Source: a virus (Duplodnaviria > Caudoviricetes). From it: a DNA stretch of 30,607 bases. The stretch covers positions 1 through 30,607 of IMG/VR virus record IMGVR_UViG_3300038464_000015; one strand, 5' to 3'. Below, piece after piece: positions 9,239-17,836 of the stretch (position 1 is the stretch's first letter; every line of letters begins with the position of its first letter). The notes under the pieces were generated by a model, which was not told the origin of the DNA, did not search any database, and saw nothing but the letters and a program-made list of their open reading frames with translations. The translations under genes and the position numbers were made by a program.

Positions 9239-9610
9239 CTATGACTTAGCGGGAAGGACGGTGAACCAGAAGTGCGCGTAGTGCGTCGTCTTCGGGATGG
9301 TGATGGACTTGGTTCCGGCTGGGTAGACCACGCCGTTGACATCGAACGCGAGAATCGCCGTGAACGGAAGGGCGATCACCGCGTCGATGGAAGCGTCCGC
9401 AGGGATCCAATAGGTGCAGTCGCAGTGGTTCCCGTTGAGCGTGTACTTGAAGGCGGAAGTCCCCGTCAGATTCCGGACGTTGTTCGCTTCCAGGAGGTCA
9501 TCCCCAAGGACCTTGAAGTACCGCGCCCATGGAGGCGAGAAGTCGCGCTTCGACCCATCCGGAGAGAATACTGGCGTATCGACTGGCGTCGGGAAAAGGT
9601 TGGCGCTCAT
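9239..9610 (-). CDS. Small virion-module protein (123 aa, gp26/gp14 position)
   Basis: Start moved to MSANLFPTP (ATGA overlap with the upstream stop at 9607). Contains FSPPWARYF..L. Confidence 0.65.
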   Translation of the reverse strand: MSANLFPTPVDTPVFSPDGSKRDFSPPWARYFKVLGDDLLEANNVRNLTGTSAFKYTLNGNHCDCTYWIPADASIDAVIALPFTAILAFDVNGVVYPAGTKSITIPKTTHYAHFWFTVLPAKS

Positions 9611-10617
9611 TGGGTAATGTTCGGGTCGTTCGGGTCGAATGTGCCGCGATTGCCGGTGGCGGATTTGATTTGGGTGGGGCTGAGTGCGATCCACGTTCCA
9701 TCATCCAGACGAATTCCATCCGCTCCCGCTTTTTTTGCGGCCTTGAAGATTTTAGCCTTGTCCGCTTCGTCGAATTGTTGCGTAGTGAGACCGGGGGAAT
9801 ATGGATTTTCCATCCTTACGTGTACGGGCATGATGTTTTCTGCTCCACCTACAGAAAACCGAGAGTCAATTGCCGCGTTATGTGCTTGATCTGGATTTTC
9901 AGCCAGGAAGACACCTTTCTTGTCGGATCCGTATGTGCGCCCCGTCATTTTCGGGTCGAATGATTCAAAGTCAGAAGACGTTCCGTGATACATGACCAGA
10001 GGGTTCCCCGCTGCGTCTACCGCCCTCGACCCACCGAGCCACTTCTGGAAGTTCGGGTTGTCCAGGATCGCGGCCCGTGCCTTCGGTGCCACCTGCGCCA
10101 CGCCTGCCCCGACCCCATGCCCTGCACCCATCAGGGCAGCGGCTAGACCCATCGAGGCAGGATCCACGCCCCCACCTGTACCGTACTGGTTCGCCGCCTG
10201 GAGCCCCGTCTGAGAGGCAACGTCAGCCCCTCCGCTGAGAAGGCGTCCAAGCACTCCTCCACCCAGCTTCGCAGCTCCTGCGCCCACCGCTTCGCCAAGG
10301 CCTGCACCCAGGATCGAGGTAGGGTCGCGCATGATGTTTTCTACGATGGTCGAGACACGGCCATCACCGCCAGCGGCTTGCGTGCGAGCCATGGACGAGA
10401 GGAAGTTCCCGGAATTCGCTGGCCGCGACGGATTGTTGATGATGTCCTGGAGGGTCGGCTGGTTTGGATCGTAGTTCGCCAATGCTGACCACGCTCGCCC
10501 AGGCATTGAGGCCGCATCGAGGACTCCAGCCAGCGAGCGGCGAGGGAAGCCGCCTCCCTGTTGGGTAGCCGCGACTGTCCGGGGGAACAAGGCATTGATG
10601 AAGTCCTGCGCCTCCAT
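9607..10617 (-). CDS. Ejection-protein-like N-domain fused to an ART-PolyVal-like ADP-ribosyltransferase domain
   Basis: Start moved to MEAQDF at 10617 (TGATG overlap). C-terminus NFQKWLGGSRAVDAAGNPLVMYHGT..F..FD..GVFLA..IMPVHVRMENPY..GADGI..QIKSATGNRGTFDPNDPNI matches the ART domain of phage polyvalent proteins. Confidence 0.75.
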   Translation of the reverse strand: MEAQDFINALFPRTVAATQQGGGFPRRSLAGVLDAASMPGRAWSALANYDPNQPTLQDIINNPSRPANSGNFLSSMARTQAAGGDGRVSTIVENIMRDPTSILGAGLGEAVGAGAAKLGGGVLGRLLSGGADVASQTGLQAANQYGTGGGVDPASMGLAAALMGAGHGVGAGVAQVAPKARAAILDNPNFQKWLGGSRAVDAAGNPLVMYHGTSSDFESFDPKMTGRTYGSDKKGVFLAENPDQAHNAAIDSRFSVGGAENIMPVHVRMENPYSPGLTTQQFDEADKAKIFKAAKKAGADGIRLDDGTWIALSPTQIKSATGNRGTFDPNDPNITQ

Positions 10618-12182
10618 CAGAACCTGCACGGGTTGCCGTTGAACATCAACGCAACCAGGATGAAGGGAACGGGGTCGGTCATGGCGATGCGGAAGACGCG
10701 GTTCCGGCCCATCCCGCACCCGAGCACGCGGGTACGGTTGGTGTACTGGCCTTGGCGTCCAATCGGGGCGGATCGCTCATTGGACCACGTTTCCCCGGTG
10801 TCGTCAGACCATGCGAGCTGGATCTGGGGATTCGTGCCCACGCCATCCACGTTGTCCACGGTCGTTCCGGATCCCTGGTTGCAAATCACCTGGACCCAGT
10901 TGTAGATCACGTTGACACCAGTCGCAAAATTGATTGGCGAGGTCTTGACGCATCGGATGTAGTTGATGCCGGAATCGGTTGGATTGTCATTCTGGTAGTA
11001 GGTCGGATCCAGCGAATAGATGGCCGAGGAGGTGGTGTCCCCCATGATGATCTGGTCGTAGTTGGTAGAGACGTACATCCCCCGCCAGCGTGCGAGAAGG
11101 CCAGTCGCCTGGACCAGAGAGGTCCGCTCATGCCATGCGTTCGTGACCATATCGTAGACCAGCGTCCGGTTGGCTGTCGGAAATTGCATGACATAGAAAG
11201 CATGTCCGGATTGCGCGTAACAAAATGCTTGGCAATCAGACCAGGTCCCCATACTCTCGATAAGTTGTTCAATCCCTCGCGTCGAAATGCGGATCGGGGC
11301 CATTCCATCGTTCGAGAAGACCCCAAGGGTACCGGCGAGGTCGGTCCCGAGGAAGAAAATGTTGTTCTGGTAGGTAGCGACCGAGTTCTTCGCTCGGCAC
11401 CCAACGTTGATGATCGCTCCCTGGTACCGGGCAAAGAGTTGGCCGTTGTAGTTGCCGGTGTCGTAATGGACTTCGCAGGAGTTGTCTTCTCCGAAGAGCC
11501 ACAGGTAATTATTGCAGTTGATCAACCATGCGATGTTGTCGGCTTTTCCGATCTTCGCACCCGAGTACAGCGGATTCCAGTATCCCTGTTGATTCGCCGG
11601 GTCGTATGGGGTTGCGGAATTGTTCTCCTCGCTCATGTAGTACGAGCTGGAGTAGTAGTAGGTGTTGGTTCCGGGGACGTTGACGATGAAGTAGGTGTCC
11701 AGGTAGGTGCAGCAGGTCGGGGGCACTGTCCCTGCGGCGACGCCCGGAAAGTACGGATCGGAAATCACCGTGAAATTGTTGTCCGAGTACCGCAGGATGT
11801 AGCCGTTGGTACCGTCCACCAAGAGGAGAAGGTTCCCGTTCTCGACTGCGGAGACAACGCCTCCGGCGGTGTTCAGGAGCCCTCGAAGGATCTGTGATCC
11901 ATCGAAGAGGATTTCCGAGAGGCGGTTCCCATTGACGACGAATGTCCGGTATCCGGTGCTGGTGAAGTTGCACCGGCACGCGCCATAGTTGATCGCAGGG
12001 ACACTCCCGAACCGCTGGAGTCCGGGAATCTTCAGTAGGTAGTACTGCGCCTTGGAGTTCTCACTCTGGGAATTCTCCAGGTACAGATTCTGACAGATCT
12101 CGGAACCGAGCGCGTAGTACGCGGTCGCGTACGGCTTGTCACCTAGCGGGATCGTGGTCATGATTCCGCCCGCGTTGCTCAC
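10617..12182 (-). CDS. Packaged-DNA stabilization / tail hub protein, P22 gp10-like
   Basis: 521 aa. Motifs include LLKIPGL, LLLVDGTNGY, YLDTYFIVN, GHAFYVMQFP..TLVYD..TNAWHER and QLAWSDDTGETWSNER..GQY..R..GMGRNRVFRI. Confidence 0.85.
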   Translation of the reverse strand: MSNAGGIMTTIPLGDKPYATAYYALGSEICQNLYLENSQSENSKAQYYLLKIPGLQRFGSVPAINYGACRCNFTSTGYRTFVVNGNRLSEILFDGSQILRGLLNTAGGVVSAVENGNLLLLVDGTNGYILRYSDNNFTVISDPYFPGVAAGTVPPTCCTYLDTYFIVNVPGTNTYYYSSSYYMSEENNSATPYDPANQQGYWNPLYSGAKIGKADNIAWLINCNNYLWLFGEDNSCEVHYDTGNYNGQLFARYQGAIINVGCRAKNSVATYQNNIFFLGTDLAGTLGVFSNDGMAPIRISTRGIEQLIESMGTWSDCQAFCYAQSGHAFYVMQFPTANRTLVYDMVTNAWHERTSLVQATGLLARWRGMYVSTNYDQIIMGDTTSSAIYSLDPTYYQNDNPTDSGINYIRCVKTSPINFATGVNVIYNWVQVICNQGSGTTVDNVDGVGTNPQIQLAWSDDTGETWSNERSAPIGRQGQYTNRTRVLGCGMGRNRVFRIAMTDPVPFILVALMFNGNPCRF

Positions 12183-12916
12183 TACATCCCCGCGAAGAAG
12201 TTGAAGCCAGAATGTCCCGAGATGAGCCCGTTATTCATCTGCTCCATGGTGGAGACGAAGTTCGCAGCCTGGATATGTTTCAATGCCGAGTTCGCCTGGA
12301 TCACCACGCCCTGCGGAAGGTCCACACCCCACTTGACGGCGAGGCGAAGGGTCAGGACGAGGTCGAGAGGAGACCAGTACTCCGGAGGGTCCATGAACTG
12401 GTCGGAAACCGTCTCGTACTCCGTCATGTAGGCCGATCCCATGACCCGCACTGACCATCCCTGAGCAAGCCCAGGAAGGAAATAGATGGTCATGAGCGGG
12501 AAGCTGGTATTGATGTAGGCTTTGTCCGGAATCGAAACGATGTTCTGGATCGCCTCGCGCTGGTATGCCTCGTAGGGCAAGATCTGCACGGGGTAGTTGA
12601 TCCCGAGTCCCGGCGTTCCGGAGATCACCGTGATCTGGTCCACGTTCGTGGGTCGCTGGGAAATGTTCCCAGGGCCTCCGACACTGGTCCCGAGCGTGAC
12701 GTTCATCATTGGCGCGATGGCCGTGAACGTCTGGTCGTAGATGTTGTAGTTCTTGTTGTTGAGCGACCACTCGGCACGAATGGCATTCAATTCGAGGAGT
12801 GCTTCCTGGGCGACCGCCGGGTCAACCGTGTCTCCAAGCGCCACGACGCCAACGCGCCGAAGGGCTGAGTAGAGGAGGTCGTACGCTGTCTCGGTTCCGA
12901 TCACAAGCACCCCCAA
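12182..12916 (-). CDS. Head-tail adaptor, P22 gp4-like (start uncertain)
   Basis: TAYDLLYSALRRVGVVALGDT..AQEALLELNAIRAEW and C-terminal PPEY..L.L.LAVKWG. Lies between coat and gp10. Confidence 0.75.
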   Translation of the reverse strand: MGVLVIGTETAYDLLYSALRRVGVVALGDTVDPAVAQEALLELNAIRAEWSLNNKNYNIYDQTFTAIAPMMNVTLGTSVGGPGNISQRPTNVDQITVISGTPGLGINYPVQILPYEAYQREAIQNIVSIPDKAYINTSFPLMTIYFLPGLAQGWSVRVMGSAYMTEYETVSDQFMDPPEYWSPLDLVLTLRLAVKWGVDLPQGVVIQANSALKHIQAANFVSTMEQMNNGLISGHSGFNFFAGM

Positions 12917-12919
12917 CGC

Positions 12920-12949
12920 AAAGAAGGGAGGGCCGTTTCCAGCCCTCCC
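12920..12949 (-). terminator. Rho-independent terminator after the coat gene
   Basis: Minus strand reads GGGAGGGCTG-GAAA-CGGCCCTCCC-TTCTTT: a 10-bp stem with a GNRA loop and U-rich tail. Confidence 0.75.
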
Positions 12950-12955
12950 GAGTGC

Positions 12956-14323
12956 CTAGTTCCGCAGACGAATGATCCAAGCGGGCTGAGCCGTCTTGTA
13001 CCCGTACTGGATGTCGAAGCGGGTCACCTGGGCAGGACCCGAGGATCCGACACCACCCGCACCAGCCACACCCGAGACACCCAGGATGTCGAAGCCCTGG
13101 AGCAACCGAATCCGGAAGTCAGGAACGTCTTCGTCCGAGATGATCTGCGACAGATCGAAGGCGCTGGCCTTCGGGGTGTACAGACCGGGGGACGCAGCGA
13201 CCACGGCGGACTTGTGGAAGATCAGCGATTCGACGCCAGAGAGACCTTGAGCCGCCGTCCCGACCACTGTGATGCCGGGAAGCTGGGCACCCGTGAGCTG
13301 GAGCGTGACGCCGTTCAGCGAAGCCGACACGTTCTGGTAGGGTCCCGAGATGATCGGGGCCGGGCTGACCAGGACGGAGGTGACGCCGGGGGCGTAGGTC
13401 GCGAGGACCTGCACCTGGAACGGGGTCGCCGTTACCTGCTTGGTCTGGTAGTTGACGATGTACTGCGCCGGGGCCTGGAACACGTCGCCAGCGTTGATCG
13501 TGCCAGCCGTGGCCGTGACGGTCAGGGTAGCCGTCTCCGCCCATGCGCTGCCGTTGCCGCCCGCCGAGACCACCAGGGTGGGCTGCACGCCGTTGACGTG
13601 CTGGACCATGCTCTGGGTCGCGTAGAAGCGAATCCCGGAAAAGGTCCCGATCTCGCCCTTGCGGAAGAGCTCATCCACGTTGGTGAGGGGGTGGAAAATC
13701 GTGGTGTTCGCGATGGTGAGCTGCTGCTGTGCGGTGGTGGAGAGGAATCCGTAGATCTCGCCATCATCCGGCACCGCCTGGTCGAGCAGGATCTGCTTGG
13801 CCTGGGTGATCAGCGTGGGGGTGATCGCGGTGCCATAGGCGCCGATGGCGTATCCCGCGCTGTTGGCGACGCCCAGAGCGTTAGCGTCGAGTCCGCCGGA
13901 TCCTTGGCCCGAGGTGGCCGAAAGAGCGCCGGGCACGCTGTTCACGATGGAGGCCACCAGATCGGCGTCCAGGTTGGATGCGATGTTGGCGGTAGCGGGC
14001 TTGATGTACCGCTCCGAGAAGCGGGCCAGCTTGAGGGACAGGTCGCCTTCCGTGAAGGACAGCGGGATGGTGTAGGTCCGGTCGATGACCAGCTTGACGT
14101 AGTTCTCGACCACGCTGGAGTTGCCGCCGTTCCACGCCATGTTGTTGCGCGTGCCGGTGAAGCCGACAGGCTTGCGGAGGGAAAAGGAGTTACCAATCCT
14201 TCCGTCGGTCTTCGAGAATTCGTCGTTGTACTGGAAATCGACGTGGCCAGCCACGACGAGGTTGTTCCGGAACATCATCAGCGTTTCTTTGCCAACGATT
14301 GCCGAGGTGATCATAGTGGACAT
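12956..14323 (-). CDS. Major capsid (coat) protein, P22 gp5-like
   Basis: 455 aa. ITSAIVGKETL...NNLV, RIGNSFSLRKP, FSERYIKPA..IASNLD, FRKGEIGTFSG, FHKSA, RFDIQYG. Follows the scaffold gene. Confidence 0.9.
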   Translation of the reverse strand: MSTMITSAIVGKETLMMFRNNLVVAGHVDFQYNDEFSKTDGRIGNSFSLRKPVGFTGTRNNMAWNGGNSSVVENYVKLVIDRTYTIPLSFTEGDLSLKLARFSERYIKPATANIASNLDADLVASIVNSVPGALSATSGQGSGGLDANALGVANSAGYAIGAYGTAITPTLITQAKQILLDQAVPDDGEIYGFLSTTAQQQLTIANTTIFHPLTNVDELFRKGEIGTFSGIRFYATQSMVQHVNGVQPTLVVSAGGNGSAWAETATLTVTATAGTINAGDVFQAPAQYIVNYQTKQVTATPFQVQVLATYAPGVTSVLVSPAPIISGPYQNVSASLNGVTLQLTGAQLPGITVVGTAAQGLSGVESLIFHKSAVVAASPGLYTPKASAFDLSQIISDEDVPDFRIRLLQGFDILGVSGVAGAGGVGSSGPAQVTRFDIQYGYKTAQPAWIIRLRN

Positions 14324-14482
14324 GCTTGGACTCGGTTTCTGCCCTCAGTGGGGCGGATAGATGGATGAATCGTTTGCAGGAAGCCCCGAAGGACTCCAGG
14401 CTCTCGATACATCCACCGACCGAGCTTGTCCGTGGAAGAAGCCACCGCAGTGGCACGATGTTTAACGTCCTCGCGGACGACA
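14324..14482 (-). promoter_or_regulatory. Highly structured 5' leader of the coat gene
   Basis: Hairpins CGTCC-GCGA-GGACG, GCCAC-TGCG-GTGGC and GGAGTCC-TTCG-GGGCTTCC. Long-range helices GTGGATGTATCG/CGATTCATCCAT and CTCGGT/ACCGAG, the latter covering the RBS region. Confidence 0.55.
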
Positions 14483-14487
14483 CACAA

Positions 14488-14516
14488 AGAATACAACAAT
14501 CGCGGGGAATTCGCAA
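14488..14516 (-). promoter_or_regulatory. Candidate sigma70-like promoter for the coat gene
   Basis: TTGCGA-17 nt-TATTCT directly after the scaffold stop. Confidence 0.5.
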
Positions 14517-14520
14517 CCGA

Positions 14521-15414
14521 CTACAAAGTGTGGCGCAACTTCTCGTATTCGGACTGCGAGAGCTTGGCGATTTGGGCGTCACTCATGGTCCGTAGGCTCC
14601 GCTTCCCGCTGACCGGGCCAGAAGAGGCCCGCACCTGCCGGGGGATACCATCGTCCGGACGCTCGGCAATCGCCTTCGCAAGGGCTCCGGAGGGCTGGGA
14701 ATCATCCTCTTCTCCCTTCTTGTACCGCTCTTCCAGATTGATCTTGGCGCTCATCTTGTGCATGGTGCGGATGAATGCGCGGGGATCGCCGTTCTTCCCG
14801 ATTTGGGCCAATTGCTGGAGCAGTTCGCGATCCCCGTCGATGTCGCGCATCAATTCCCCGACGTATTCGTCCAGAGCCAATTCACGGAGGATTTCGGGGT
14901 GGATGTCGTGGGCCACGGAATCGAAGAATTCCTTCGAGGATGCGATCTCGGGATCTCGCTGGATTGCCGCCGTGATGTTCTTGGAATAGGTGCTGGTGAT
15001 GTGGTCTCTCTCGACCTGGATCGCAGCGGCCCGCCGCTCCTCGATCTTCCTTTCCTCGAAACGAGCTTCAGCCTTCGCCAGGATCGCCGCGTCCCGAGCC
15101 TTGAGGAACCTCACAGGGTCATCGAAGTCAGCCGGATTGATCTCGTCCGGATCCTTGATCTTGGCGAGCTCCGCTTCCTGGGCCTCGTACTTGGCTAGCT
15201 TTGCGGCCAATTCGCGGGCCTGAGTCGCATGGGAATCCCGCTCCTCCTCGATCTCCTTGAATCGGGCGTAGGGGATCGTGTTCAGCTTCGGCGTCTCGGC
15301 CTTGAATGCGGCGGATGCCCGGAACGGCTTCTCGACCGGAGTTTCAACCTCAGTGGTTTCGACTTCCGGCGTCTCGACCTGTTCGACTTCCTGGATTTCG
15401 ATTTCTGTGCTCAT
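14521..15414 (-). CDS. Scaffolding protein
   Basis: Acidic N-terminus, IPYARFKEI motif, coiled-coil body, C-terminal MSDAQIAKLSQSEYEKLR helix. Lies between portal and coat. Confidence 0.8.
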   Translation of the reverse strand: MSTEIEIQEVEQVETPEVETTEVETPVEKPFRASAAFKAETPKLNTIPYARFKEIEEERDSHATQARELAAKLAKYEAQEAELAKIKDPDEINPADFDDPVRFLKARDAAILAKAEARFEERKIEERRAAAIQVERDHITSTYSKNITAAIQRDPEIASSKEFFDSVAHDIHPEILRELALDEYVGELMRDIDGDRELLQQLAQIGKNGDPRAFIRTMHKMSAKINLEERYKKGEEDDSQPSGALAKAIAERPDDGIPRQVRASSGPVSGKRSLRTMSDAQIAKLSQSEYEKLRHTL

Positions 15415-15417
15415 GAC

Positions 15418-17409
15418 TTACTTCTCCTGGCTGGGTGGCGATTGGTGGGACTCTGCGAAGTCGTGATCGAGCTGCTTGTGGAACACGCTGGTGTGCCCCT
15501 TGTGTGTCTCCAGGGCCAAATCGATCTCTCCCTGGGTCTGGAGGAGGTCCGTGTCCACCACGCCCTTCTCTGCGATCTGTTTGGATGCCGCTCCGAGCTT
15601 TGCCGCGTTCTGGCTCGCCTCGAATTCGTGGTCCTTCTGCTGTTTGAAGATGTCCGCGTGTGCCCGTTCCTGGATCTCCGCCACCTTCGCGGCCTTTTCG
15701 AATTCCAGCTTCTGGTTCGCCTGCTGAAGCTGTTGATTCTGCTGGGTGAGCTGCTGGAGCTTCTGGAGAAGCTGCGACATCTGGGCCTGCACGTCCTTGT
15801 CGTCTCCGTTGGTCGCATTGCTCGCAGCCAGAGCAGCGGGCGGGATCATCGTCCGGGCGCGTGCGGCCATCTCCTCAGCACCATCCCAATTCTGGAGGCG
15901 GAAGAAGATGTCGCCGTACATCTGCATGAGCGCTGGATCGGCCTGGAGGAGTTCGGAGATCTTGGTTGCCGCTTCCTGCCGGCTGCTTTCGTAGCTCGGT
16001 CCAGTGGAGATCGAGACGGCGTACTTTCCGACCGTGAGATCGTGGAAGACTTGCTTGCCGTTCTCCTCATATTGTTGCTGAATCGGGATTGTCGTCACCT
16101 GTCCGTCAAGCCCTTGGATTTGTCGGATGTGCGCGTAGGCGTAGTAGGACGGGATCAGGTCATTGATGATCTCGCCTGTCCAGCGGATCGCTTCTCTCCA
16201 GTTGTCCACGAATTCCAGCGTTCCGATGTTGGACTGCGCGAGGTGCAGGCGCATCGTGTCATTTGACACGTTCGACGGAAGGTCGGCCATCGGGTCGCGG
16301 ATGCCGATGGTGTTGCGGATGTCGTTGCCCACGTCCTGCGCGACCTCAAGGGATCCTTGCGGGGCAGCGGGCGGGTCGAGGCGGATCGGCGCTCCGTCAT
16401 CCGTGTGGTTGAAGGGGAGGCCGGGGATCCCGTTCAGGTTCGAGGAGGACCAGATCTTCTCGTACCCCGCAATCTGGCCTTGCGTGTACATCCACTGCTG
16501 CACGGAGGATCGCGAGATGTAGTCAGCCAGACGGGACTTCGCGAGGTTGTGCAGCATGCACATTTCCCGCACGTCGCGCACGATACCCTTGAAGGCTCGA
16601 TCCTCTTCGATGTAGTCCTCTTCGCCGGTCAGGAAGACGATGGGGCACTTGTGGCCCTTGTAGGCGGTGTTGCTCTCCAGAATCTCGTTCCCCGAGAGGA
16701 TGTATTGCTCCCAGAATCCCGTCGTCTTGTTGAGGCACCAGTACTCCATGACCTGTACCGCATCGTCCATGAAGGAGGAGGAGTTCTTCCCGTCCTTCGG
16801 TGCGGTGAAGTCGGCGTCCGGGTACAACTCCTCGGCGTCTTCCTTCGGAAGCCAGGATTCCAGCGAACAATCCACCGCGTCGGAGTAGTTCTTCTTCGTG
16901 GCGTTCGGATCGAAGCGGACCTTGGTGGCGTTGAGGATCCGGTGGATTTCGATGTTGTACTCCGCTGTCCCGTCCTCCTTCGGAGTCTTGGTCGCCATGA
17001 CCTTCCACACCCCGATCCCACCGATGCAGATGTCCCGTAGACCTTTGAGGAATGCGGCTTTGGCGTCGTCGCTGTTCTGGATGTGCATCGCGATCCCGTT
17101 CCGCACCTTGGCGGTATTCTTGTCTGCACCTTCCGACACGGGATCGATGTGGAACTGCGGCATCTCAGCGCGTTCGCGGTTCACGATGAAGCGGACGTTC
17201 CCAGGGATCGGGTTGTAGGTGACGCTGTTCAGGCCCGCCGCCGTGCGCTTCTGCTTGACCGCCTCGTCCCACTGATTTCCCGCCGCGAAGCGCTGATCAT
17301 CCACGGTCGCTGCCATGACATCGGCCCACGCCTCTTCGTGGATTCGGATGCGCTTGGCGAACCGCTTGAACTTTTCTTCGTCGGTTTCTGTCTTCTTAGA
17401 CTTGAGCAT
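15418..17409 (-). CDS. Portal protein, P22 gp1-like
   Basis: 663 aa. DDQRFAAGNQWD, GIGVW, FDPNA, CPIVFL.G, GIVRD, HDLTVGKYAVSISTGPSYESSRQEA, and a Q-rich C-terminal barrel. Confidence 0.9.
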   Translation of the reverse strand: MLKSKKTETDEEKFKRFAKRIRIHEEAWADVMAATVDDQRFAAGNQWDEAVKQKRTAAGLNSVTYNPIPGNVRFIVNRERAEMPQFHIDPVSEGADKNTAKVRNGIAMHIQNSDDAKAAFLKGLRDICIGGIGVWKVMATKTPKEDGTAEYNIEIHRILNATKVRFDPNATKKNYSDAVDCSLESWLPKEDAEELYPDADFTAPKDGKNSSSFMDDAVQVMEYWCLNKTTGFWEQYILSGNEILESNTAYKGHKCPIVFLTGEEDYIEEDRAFKGIVRDVREMCMLHNLAKSRLADYISRSSVQQWMYTQGQIAGYEKIWSSSNLNGIPGLPFNHTDDGAPIRLDPPAAPQGSLEVAQDVGNDIRNTIGIRDPMADLPSNVSNDTMRLHLAQSNIGTLEFVDNWREAIRWTGEIINDLIPSYYAYAHIRQIQGLDGQVTTIPIQQQYEENGKQVFHDLTVGKYAVSISTGPSYESSRQEAATKISELLQADPALMQMYGDIFFRLQNWDGAEEMAARARTMIPPAALAASNATNGDDKDVQAQMSQLLQKLQQLTQQNQQLQQANQKLEFEKAAKVAEIQERAHADIFKQQKDHEFEASQNAAKLGAASKQIAEKGVVDTDLLQTQGEIDLALETHKGHTSVFHKQLDHDFAESHQSPPSQEK

Positions 17410-17836
17410 CTTGCGCCGCCTTCTTTTCCTGGATCAGTTCGGTCAGGGTGATCTCGCCCGCCTCCATCCGCTGGAAGTCGCTCTCCTTGAGCTTGACGGC
17501 TCCGGACTCCAGAAGTTCCTTCGCCTCTGCGGTGCGCTTCTCGGACTCGTCCACGGCCTCGTACAGGCGGATGGAGTTGCGGAGGAGCTGGCGGACCACC
17601 TGAAAGACCTCGGCCCCGCTGACGTAATCTGTCCCGTTGACGACGAACACGGGCGGGAAGATCTCGTACCGGATCATGCCGTCCATGATCTCCTGGTCGA
17701 AGCCGTACATCCCGAGCTGTTCGATGGCGATCAGGCCACCAGGGATAGCTTCGAGGATCGCCTCGGCTGAGACTTCGAGCGGGACTGCCTCTTCAGGCTT
17801 AACCCCATCGAATTCCGCTTCCAGTACTTCGCTCAT
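17396..17836 (-). CDS. Hypothetical protein between TerL and portal
   Basis: ATGA overlap with the TerL stop; overlaps the portal start. Acidic, 146 aa. Confidence 0.7.
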   Translation of the reverse strand: MSEVLEAEFDGVKPEEAVPLEVSAEAILEAIPGGLIAIEQLGMYGFDQEIMDGMIRYEIFPPVFVVNGTDYVSGAEVFQVVRQLLRNSIRLYEAVDESEKRTAEAKELLESGAVKLKESDFQRMEAGEITLTELIQEKKAAQDAQV

